From Callorhinchus milii (lineage: Eukaryota), in NCBI RefSeq assembly GCF_018977255.1, contig NW_024704746.1, forward strand, positions 10,168,001 through 10,232,000: DNA of 64,000 nucleotides, read 5' to 3'. How positions within the stretch are numbered: the stretch's first letter is position 1; the number at the start of each line of letters is the position of its first letter. The notes below the pieces were generated by a model. That model was given only the letters and a program-made list of their open reading frames with translations, ran no database searches and was not told where the DNA came from. Both the position numbers and the translations under genes were made by a program. This document shows, in pieces, positions 38,770 through 49,300 of this stretch.

Positions 38770-39345
38770 ACAATGCAGTGTCATCTTAGACTGTTGGATT
38801 ACTCCAACGCATTTCTCTCTAGTCTCCCCACCTCCACCTTTCACAAGATCTAGCTCATTCAAAACTCTGCCGCCCACATACTGACCTGGACCAAACTCTA
38901 TACCCACATCTCACCAGTTCTGGCCAGGCTCCACTGGCTCCTCGTCACCGAATGGATAGACTTCACAATCCTCACACTCATGTTCAAATCCTTTCACTCT
39001 CTGGCACCTCCCTACCTCCCCGACCTCCTCACTCCCCACTCCACCACCCGGTGCCTCCACTCGACTGACACCGGCCTCCTGCTTGTCCCTCACACCCTCC
39101 GTTCCACCATCGGAGGTCGTGCTTTCAACCACCTATCCCCCAAAATTCTGGAAAACTCTCCTTCAATCCCTCCACCCTACCCCCTCTCTCCCCTCTTTCA
39201 AGTCCCGCCTAAAGACTTTCCTGTTCGACCATGTTTACGGCCACCTCCCCCACTCCTTCCGGCTCGGAGTCAGGCTCCTCCACTGTTAAGTGTTCTGAGA
39301 CGCTACCTTGTGTGGAGGGCGCTGTATAAGTGCAAGTTGTTGTTG
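38770..39345 (+). mobile_element. L2-clade LINE 3' fragment, second (older) family
   Basis: Degenerate RLDYSNA...IQNSAA...LARLHWL...GGRAF coding remnant. Tail tataagtgcaagttgttgttg. Confidence 0.85.
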
Positions 39346-42300
39346 TATATGAGTTCCAAGTCCCGAAGTGAGGCTTGAACCCACAAACCTCTGACTCGGA
39401 GGTGAGAGTGCTACCAAATGAAATGAGTGATGACACCATCATTTCACCTCAACTCCATCTATCTTCAATTGCGAGAGCTGCCTGAATTTTTTGTAAATAC
39501 ATGTTCTCATCTAAGCCTTGAAATGTTAGCAGCCTGAACTTGTAAACAAATGTTGCTGTTGCTAACTGAGAACTGACTGTGAGGAACAATCAAAAGTACA
39601 TCAGGTTACAGATTTCCAAGTATATTGGGGGGGATTTCCTTTAACACTGGAGAGTGTTGGAGAAGTAAATGTATTACTTAATTTGTTATTTATGGAGATC
39701 CCATTTTGGTTTCGGGGGAGGGTGGAAAGGCTTGGGGATGGACAATGTTTTCTCCTCAAAAGTTTAGTGACTGTGGAACACCTCCTGCCAGAGATTTGAC
39801 AGAGTGTTGATTGTTTTATCAACTATTAGTACAGAGTTGATTGGGGGAATTAAGAGAATTAGACAAACGTATGCAGAGAAAGGGTATTGGAGGGTACTGT
39901 AAAGAACCGGGGATTAGGACGGGTTGGGTGACTTTATGGAGGAGAAAACACAGTTGTAAAAACACTGTGGTACATTTTTCGTCCCATTTCATTAAATTGG
40001 TTAGAATGTTGATACAGGCCACTATGTTTCCAGTCACCGTAATGCAGACCAGACCCTGTGCCAAGATTAACACAGCAGGTTGCGTGAGGGAGCAAGAGGG
40101 GTGAGGCATCAGTGGGTGGTTCACGAGGTGTTGTTTCACTTTGCATGAAATCTACTGATAAAGGGTTTAGGCACAAAAACAAATGTGCTCAATCAAGCAG
40201 CAATTCCCTGTTTTAGCTCTGATGCATTACTTCCAATACCGAGTCCTTATTCATTTTGTAATCCTACTTGCGTTTGATAAAACGCCTTATGTTGAAATGT
40301 CTCAAAATGCTTCAGAGGTTTTCTGCAAAGTGTAGATACAGCAACACATTACATTCATACAGCACCTTTATATGCAAGTTGTTGTTGTAGCAGCACAGTT
40401 GCAATGTCCCATAAACATCCATGAAAGGAATAACCAAATTTATTTGGGGTGTTGTTGGCCAGGACACCAGTAGAGAAACTTCCTTCTCTTTTTCAATAGT
40501 GCCATGGGATCTTTACCGTCTACCTGAGCAGGCAGACCGGACCTCGGTTAACGTCTCATCTGAACAACAGGTCCAAAGCAGACAGAGTTCCAAATATAAT
40601 AATAATCCTTGCATTTAATATAGCACTTTTCACATCTTTGAGATGTCTCAAAGCGCTTCACAGAATATACTGTAAAGTGAATTGACTGTATATTTGTGGG
40701 CGAAATACGGCAGCAAATTGTGCACAGCAGTGTCCCACAAACAATTGTGGATTGAAATGACCAATTTATTATGTGGATTATTATCAGGTGTGTGGAGTAA
40801 GGAAACTTGCCCACGGTTTTGCCCTGCCAGGAATCAAACCCAGGTCTCTCATTTGCAAGGCGAGTGCTCAAACCACTGAGCTACAGGACTCCTGTATAGC
40901 ACCTACGCATGGAAATTTTCCTGTGTGTGGAATGGAGTCTGCACTCTATTCCCTGGAAGGACGAACCCTGCTTACCTAATGCCACAGGTTTAGGCCATCT
41001 TCTACCCCTCCCCTGGCTCTCTTTTAGCTAGAACTGCTCACTCTTTGTCAAGCACTTTGAGATGTTCTCCCTGTGTGAAAATATGCTGTTTGCTTGTAAC
41101 TTGTTAAATGTAGAAGATCTCATTTCAATCTATCATAGAATCATAGTTTTAATAAAAGAATTGGCAACGTGAAATTAATCTTTAAACAGCAGCCAGATCA
41201 GTTTTTGAACATTCTTAGCTGCAGCCCTTCAAACTCTGTTTGATGTCTATGCAGAGTCTAAATATTTTCAAATCACTCCAGTTCCTCATCAAAGAATGAA
41301 GGTCTGGTAGGAGAGAAATAAACTCTCTGTGTTTGAGAATAGCCTGAAACATAATATTATTGTATAAAAGTAACATTGCGTCAATATTCTCCTGATCGAT
41401 AGACAGACTTTACAACGTCTTTCATTCAACCAGTGAATTATGTTGCCAGCACCAACTGGCACATGACTTTGTCATCAGTTTCAGTGTAACATGAATGAGT
41501 TACGGCAATTTCAAAAGGGCTTTCAATGGAATGGCTTTCGAATAGTGAGTGAAAGCGTAAGGATCAGGTGAATAGAAAATGAGACATACATATACAGTAA
41601 AACTCACATAAGTCTGATCTGTATAAATCATACAATTGCCTAAATTGTACATCTGCCCAAATCCTGCTCAAGAGTTTGTATTCTACGCAGGTTTGACATA
41701 ACTCATGCTTTGTATAAGTCGTATTAAATGTATGGTCACAAACTGATATGATTTATGTGAGGATTAATGTATAGGGTGGAATTCAAAATGGGGAACAGTA
41801 AAAGTATGAAGTGAATGAGAAGAGGAGTGGGTAGATAAGGCAGGCGCAAAGAGTGGGGAACGTGAAATAAGCACCGTTAATACTGAAACCGGGGGGGGAA
41901 ATTAGCATGGATTTACGTGAAGTGGACCAGGAATAACCGATGTTGGAAAACAAAAGCATTCAAGGTCATTGGCAGCCTTTATTCTGCAAGATACCTGTTG
42001 GTGACGAGAGATCTGACGATATCTGATGATATCTCCTGTACTTTTCATCGCTGTACAAACTGCTGTTTGTGTTGAAGCTTCTTATCAGTGTCCAGCTGTC
42101 ATTCAATTTCTAACCAAAGTAATTGACTGTTCCTGTACTGGTGACCTTGAGAGTTACATGACTGTTTTAAAATTTATTCCTATTTGATGTATGTTCTTTT
42201 TAAGCCTCAGAAGCACTTATGTGCGCAATTGGCTGATGCGTTTCGCCCACATATTACACAGTCAATCCACTATACAATATATACGAGCGCTTTGAGACCT

Positions 42301-45062
42301 CTCAGTGATGTGATGAATGCAAGGATTATTTATTATTACTAAGAAAATTTAAGACTTCTCAGTGAAACACAAAAGCTTTCAATGTATCGTTTGTAAAGAC
42401 AACTTAAAATGTTCATGTGCATCTTGATGCAAATGTTGCTGTATTCAGGGAAACAAAGTTGCAGAATTTCAATGAAAACAGTTTTTATAAAAGGAGCAAG
42501 ATGGCTTTATCGATTTTTTTTATTATTTAGGAAAAGGTTATTTGTAACTTTTCAAATATGTTGTTCAATGTATTTCTCCTTTATTTGTAAGTGGGATTGA
42601 TTTATCTTAAAAACACCCTTTTCAGGATTCAATGTCAAAGGTTTCGCAAAACATTTGCTGTAGGAGATGATTACGTAAGACCGTGGTCCAAAACAAATTC
42701 CTTATTATATCCTGTTTATCTTGTCCAATTAAAACAAACTTAGGCCATGCTTTATTTTTATGCAGCAACACTTTTGACTTCTCATTGACTTCTGGGCGTT
42801 TTGCAGTGTTTTATTATTCTTTGCACAAACTCGAGCTTTGATATTGTGAATATGCAGCTGTTTCATTCCCTAGTGTAAATGGGGCCGTGAGGTCCTGGCT
42901 CTGGAAAGCAGATTTGAGTTGTTATATCATAATAAAAAGAGAATAATAAAATCAGGAGACTTTGTAGCAGAATCGTATCTGTAAAATAATAATCTTTGCA
43001 TTTGATCTAGTGCCTTTCAAGTCTGGGGGAGGTCTCCAAGTTCTTCATGGGATTTACTGTAAAGTGGAGTCGCTGTGTATTTGGTAGGCAAATATGAGCC
43101 AATTTGTGCACAGCAATGCCCCACAAACACCCATGAAGTGAATGTTCAATTTTATCTAGGAACAGTTTGGGCCTGGATGCCAGTAGACAATCTTTGGAAA
43201 TGCCATGTGATTTTTTAATGTTCACTTGAACAGATAGATAGGATCTCTGTTTAACATTTTATCTCATCTGAAGGATGACTCCTCCACCAATTCCACAACA
43301 ATTCCATCCTCCCTTTGGAGTATCAATCTACTCTGTGCTCTTTTTTGGAGCAAGAATTTGAGATTGTAGGGCTGGTAAAACTGTGAAGGAGAGAAATTCA
43401 GGTTGTACGTAGCACTGGCAGAGTCTCTACTTTGGAAAATTGCAAAGTGGGATGAAGGCACACATCAATCCCTGGAGTCTGTGTACAGTGCAGAGTGAGG
43501 TCGTGCTGCAGTTTAACCAGCTAAAACATCATAGCTTGCCGTTGGGAGCGCTGTCTGGCAAACATTTGTTGAGTTAGTACTAACCTACCCGTTAGAGCTT
43601 TGGCTTCCAAGATTAGCAGGAGTCGAGTTGAGAGAATCGCCATCCGTTGTCCGCCCCTCCACGTTCTGTTGATGAGTCAGGCTGGCTGGTCTGTAATGAA
43701 CAGTGCCTCGGAGTACTGTGGACGTGCCTGGATGAGGAAATGGGCTACCAAGTCAATTTTGCTAGTAAATCTAGTCAATTTTGCCCAGAAAATATACAGT
43801 CAATTCACTTTACAGTATATTCTGTGTGACATCCATGTCAAATACAAGCCATTATATCACATGCAAGCTTTATTATTGTCATGAAATCCTTCTCATCTAC
43901 ATTCGAAGGTGACCGACCGAGTCAGTATAACCATATTTAAAAATTGTATTTGAGAAATTGAAACTATCAGAACGAGCAATATAATAGGATCGATGGAAAC
44001 ATTTTATTGTATAAGCCACTGTTTTTTTAACCTATATAACTACAGAAAAATGTGGGTCAGAGAATAATCTGCTGCTGTGGAACATAGAGCAATATCTAGA
44101 AAATATCTCAGTAAATGCTAGAGACTGGAATACACCCAAGTGATTCAAATGGCTTTATAATTCATGAGAGAGAAACCCTGGGTGATTTATTCATGCGTCC
44201 AAGCCCCTTACAGATTATAAACTGCAACGGAGCAGTCCATTCAATATTATAACAAACTGGATAATAGATCAACAAATCATTATAATGTAGGATTTTTCAA
44301 TCTACCAAACTGAAGCTCCTGTCTTTCAACTCACTCTTTCTCTAGTTCTGTTATTTTATTAATTTATAATAATAATAAATAATAATAATCCTTGCATTTG
44401 ATGTAACTCTTTTTCACATCTTCTGATGTCTCAAAGCGCTTCACAGAATATACTGTAAAGTGAATTGACTGTATATTTTGTGGGCGAACGCGGCAGCCAA
44501 TTGCGCAGAGCAGTGTCCCACAAACAGTTTTGGATTGAGTGACCAAATTATTATTACCCAAGGTTTTGCCCTGCCGGGAATCGAACCCAGGTCTCTCGCT
44601 TGCCAGGCAAGCGCTCTAACCGCCGAGCTACAGGACTTCTCAAATCATTCAGTTTTGCTCAGTGATTTTGACAGCGTTCAGAAATGAGATTGGTGTGTGA
44701 GTGGGGTTATAGATTTCTGTTCTAGAGCAATGTTTGCTTGTAGTATTTAAGACATCCGTTAAACAGATGGACCAAAAAAAAGTGATGTAAATGAGAGAAT
44801 TGGAATACAAACTTCTCACACTTTGCTTTCACACTGTGTCAGCCCAGAAGAACATTCACCAATGTTAGAAGGTCAGGCGTTTCTTCCCACTCACATTTAA
44901 TTGTTCTGTTTTCAAAGCTGCTTTTTCCACCAGTTGGAAATTCTAATAAATCTAAAATAAGGTTTACAGTGCACGCTATAAAATTGGCTTTATCTTTGAA
45001 TTTCACTGCGTTCTGGAGTAAATAACCATTGAAGTGATTGATTTTTCATTATTGATGGTATT

Positions 45063-45224
45063 ATCAACAACGTGCATTTATACATGCAGGGTAGCATCTC
45101 GGAGTACTTGACAGTGGCAGAGTCTGAGGCCGAGCCAGGGAGAGAGGAGGTGACCGTAAGCATGATCAAAAAGGAAGGTCTTTAGCGGGCTTTGAAGATG
45201 GTGAGGGCAAGGCGGAGGGATTGG
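45063..45224 (-). mobile_element. L2 3' end (second family) directly after the APOBEC4 stop codon
   Basis: Minus strand ccaatccctccgccttgccc...ttcaaagcccgctaaagaccttcc...gagatgctaccctgcatgtataaatgcacgttgttg aligns by eye to the 3' end of the L2 at about 39165-39345. Confidence 0.85.
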
Positions 45225-46298
45225 CTATGCTCGACTTGAAAACATTTGCTTTTTTCCTCTCGTCCTGTATTTCTTCGAGTCAGCTGAATTTCTCTTTGTA
45301 GGAATCTCAAAAACGTTCACTTCCACTGGGCGTCTGTTGCCTGGGGTTGGTGAGGCTGGAGGTTTCCGTTCAGACAGCCTGGGCATGTTGAGATGTCTCA
45401 CGACATTCTTCCGTTTCCCAGCCTGTGGTGGGTTTGGCTTCATTGACCAAGGCGCCATCATTGCGTTCAGGAAGCCTGCATACTGTTGTTGCATAGCCAT
45501 CAATCCCACATTCGAAACTGGAGGCAAAGGTGGTGGTTTTGGAACAGGAGCCAAATTGACAGGTTTTCCTTGGGGAAATGCATCCGCATATGAAGGGTTA
45601 ACTCCGGTGATGGCGGCTATCTGACGGGCATTGTGGCAGTCTGCAGACGCCCTCGCGGGCAAAACTGAACCACAGTGTATAGGAGGTATCCCGTTCACAA
45701 ACCTGTGTGCAAGAACAGCCCATATCCCACTGCAGATGGGACTGATGGTCACCCTGGGCCAGAGGGCGGCCAAACTGTGCAACGCTTGTCGATTCCATCC
45801 AGCTTCAGGAAAGCCCTCATCCGTGTGGTAGAGCTGAGAAAAGTAAATGTCCAGCCGAGTGCTGGGGTAGTTTAGCAAGAAATCGTACATTTTGCTTACG
45901 CATTGGTGCGTTGATTCATTGCATGGGGTGTAATTGGTATACAGAGTAATGTAGGCGACGTTACCATAGGAATACATGAGCGAATCCAGATACCCGTCAG
46001 TGTTGAAGAGCATCGACTCTGGATGAAGCTGGTGGGAGGTGCAGTTGGTTACTTGCCCTTTCTGCACAAATGTCCCAGTCGTTAACTTAAGTTCGTAGAA
46101 CAGAAAGTGCCGGCTGGACTGCGGTTGACCGTAGGGGAACCCGAACGTCTCGTAGAATTCCAAGAAGCTGACGCGCGCTTCTTCCCCGGTTTTGATGTGA
46201 TACGGACACTTTCGGCAGCCTTCGGTGGACTGTAACCAGGAGTAAGGCTTCACCAGAGTTCCTTGAGGCGCAATGTATTCTTGGTAGCTGGTAGCCAT
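45225..46298 (-). CDS. APOBEC4: APOBEC4, orphan AID/APOBEC-family zinc-dependent deaminase-like protein, 357 aa, intact
   Basis: Longest ORF in the window, with a strong Kozak context (AcgATGG). APOBEC4 signatures: CPYHIKTGEEARVS, FGFPYG, HPESMLF (H92/E94), PCNESTHQC (C126/C133, PCx6C), IYFSQLYHT, WNRQALHSLAALWPRV and NVVRHLNMP, plus a basic C-terminus. Confidence 0.97.
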   Translation of the reverse strand: MATSYQEYIAPQGTLVKPYSWLQSTEGCRKCPYHIKTGEEARVSFLEFYETFGFPYGQPQSSRHFLFYELKLTTGTFVQKGQVTNCTSHQLHPESMLFNTDGYLDSLMYSYGNVAYITLYTNYTPCNESTHQCVSKMYDFLLNYPSTRLDIYFSQLYHTDEGFPEAGWNRQALHSLAALWPRVTISPICSGIWAVLAHRFVNGIPPIHCGSVLPARASADCHNARQIAAITGVNPSYADAFPQGKPVNLAPVPKPPPLPPVSNVGLMAMQQQYAGFLNAMMAPWSMKPNPPQAGKRKNVVRHLNMPRLSERKPPASPTPGNRRPVEVNVFEIPTKRNSADSKKYRTRGKKQMFSSRA

Positions 46299-46324
46299 CG
46301 TGGTTCTTTATCCTGATCCAATTC

Positions 46325-46345
46325 CTAGGAAAATGTCATTGCAGT
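46325..46345 (-). other. APOBEC4: Splice acceptor of the APOBEC4 coding exon (non-coding upstream exon not located)
   Basis: Minus strand reads gacattttcctag|gaattgg, 26 nt upstream of the ATG. This fits the two-exon structure of human APOBEC4, where the whole CDS is in exon 2. Confidence 0.65.
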
Positions 46346-49300
46346 AGATAATCCTTAAAGATTGTGAAGTGAAAACAGGGCATTGAATAAATCATTGCTT
46401 TGCATGACTTGTGCAACAGCGTTCACTAATGTTCCCCATCAAAATAATAATTTTGCTATTTGATCATATAGAGTCCTTTTAGGAACATGGGAACAGGAGT
46501 AGGCCATTCATCCCCTTGAGCCTATGGCTGATCTATACCTCAACCCATTCACCTGGGATTATTACCCCTGAAAAGTAATCCGCCAATTGAATAACAACTG
46601 GGTTTGTACTTACTGCTAGGTAAACGGAGGTGTGTGGAGTAAGGACAGTTGCCGAAGGTTATGACCCGCCCTGGAATCGAACCCGGGTCCTCTCACTTGT
46701 GAGGCGCGCTGAATATCTCAGTTTGCGTGTAAAGAGGCCTGGTGTGAAGTTGAATGCTAAAAGCAGTGGAGCAGGCTTGGACCTTGTGTGCAGTGCAGAG
46801 CTACTGTTTACCTGTTACCAAGAGACTGTTGAGCTTCAGCAGTTGCTGTCATAGTTCTTCGCCTTTTTCATCATTTTATTCTAAATGTCTGTCTTCTGTT
46901 CATATCAATGTTTAGTGGAATTGGTGAGACCAGCCCATACAACGGAAGACACTGTGTATTATAACTCTTCTACCTTTCAGACGGAGTGTGTTCTGGTAGT
47001 TTTAGTCAGGGCAGGTGCAGTTGCAGATTCCTTTCTGAAGCAAAGCAATTGATCACTGTAGCTGACTCCATGGCAATAAGTGTTGGCACTAGGATACACT
47101 ACGAGATAGATACAGGTCTTGACTTCCTTATAGATCTAGCAGTATATATGTTTTTTTTAAAAAGGGTCTATTTGTCATAGATTGCACTATAGTAAATGCT
47201 CAGTTCATTGAATGTCGCAACACTAGAAATAGAAATTCCGACAATGTATTGTATTCAACAACTTTCATTTGTATCGCGGCCTTTACACAGGATATCTTCT
47301 CAGAGCTCTGAACAAAGTAGCAGTGTTTGATGCCTAGCTGGGGAGAAAGTAGAGATGACACATTCAACAAGGAAAGTCTTCAGGAACAAATTTGAAGGCT
47401 GACAAAAGAGGGGCAAGACAGAGGGGTTGAGGCAGGGAGCTCCAGAGTTTCAGAGCCTAGGAGCTGAAGGTGTGGCCAGCGATGTTGGAGCGGAGGGGTT
47501 GGGGACCTTCAGAAGACCCGAGCCAGACGAGCGAAGGGGGCATGTAGAGGAGTGGGTTAAATTAAAAATTGTGTTTAATAATTAAGCAGTTGCATACAAT
47601 ATCCTGATTAAAACCAACTCTGATAACTATGTTTCAGTGTCATCAAAATACCAAGTTTCATTAACTCCTTACATCACCATCAGGCATTTTAAAAACAATT
47701 CTGGAGCTGGTTCTGACTGCAATAGGTGGCATTTCATAGACATGAGGGAGTGTGATTTGCCAGTGCTTTAGTACAGATTGGATCATTGCTAGACGTGCAG
47801 AGGTGTTGTATTGTGTAACTCGGATTACATTAACACCAGAGTTTGGATTCCAGTACTGTCTTTCGTAATTGTGACTGTGCTAGACTGGCTTTGGGTTCAG
47901 GGCACACTGGAAACCGTTCATAGGTTCTGTTTCCAGTGTAAGAAGTGATTCATTATCTTAAGTGTTTTTGGCAAGCTTAAAGAATGATTTCCCTCATTAT
48001 CCCCTGAGTATAATACTAAGAACTATAAATGCTTTGGAATCCACGTGTAACTATCCTGCACTCTAGTGAAAAAGGGTCAAAGCATCATGTTTCTTTAAAA
48101 ATCCTTTAATGCGATGCATTAAGATGCAAAAAGATTGGGCTGGGTTTCCTGGAGACGGTTACTTATACAGCATTGACCGACCTCACCAGCATCTGCAGGT
48201 TTACATCTAACTTAGCATGTTTTCCTTCTGGCTAAACTCTGGTGGAGAGTTACTTAGATTTGTATAGATCACCCACAAAACATACAATCACTCCACTTTA
48301 CAGCATATGCTGTGACAGTGGAAGTACCATACCAAATGCTTGAGTATGGCTCGAAACTGGCCATTCAGTCTAGCTAGTCCACGCTGATGTTTATACTCCA
48401 GACTAACCCCTACACTTCCTATTCCCCTCTTCTATATAATAATAATCCTTGCATTTGATATAGTGCCTTATTACATCTTGGAGACGTCTCAAAGCGCTTC
48501 ACAGAATATACTGTAAAGTGAATTGACTGTATATTTTGTGGGCGAAACACAGCAGCCAATTGCCCACAGCAATGTCTCATAAACAGTGGAGGATTGAGTG
48601 ATCAAATTCTCTTTATATTTCATGCGACAGAAGACCAAAAGGAAAATACCACTGGACCTCTCTAGAAAGAGAGGCAGGCCTCTTAAACTGACCCAAACTT
48701 TGGTGCAAGTTTAACTATGTCACCAGAGTTTGACTAGCAGGAATATGTGCAAAGTTAGATGTAATGCATGCAGCTGAAAGATGCATGGCAAAAGGATTTG
48801 CATATATTTCCCCCACAAAATATACACTCAATTCACTTTACAGGATATTCTGTAAGTGGATTGCCTGCATATTTAGTGGGCAAAATGTGTAGTGCTATGG
48901 ATGCTGTCCTTCAGTCTGCAAATTTAGGTGGATGTTAATGGTCCCATGATACAACTCAAGGGGAAGGGAGTTGCTCCTGGAAGCCTGTGGTAAACAGGGC
49001 AGTGGAATTGAATGTGCACTTTCCTCAGAGCTATTGCAGGCTCTGTACGTCTCTGATTCTCTGATGTTGTGGGCTGTTTGTGGGATATTTCTGTGCGTAA
49101 ATTAGCTTCCATGTTTTCCTATAAATGCATAGTAAATATACAAGAGAACTGAAGTTTAGTTTGGCACTTGCTATCTTCTCATTCCACATATGCAATGTGA
49201 TCAGTTTTGAGCAGCCTCAACGCAGAGCATTTTTTAAGCAATTGTCACTGGCGGGTACTGAACTCAAATGGGCACTTTTATCCCACATCCAGAAGCATTA

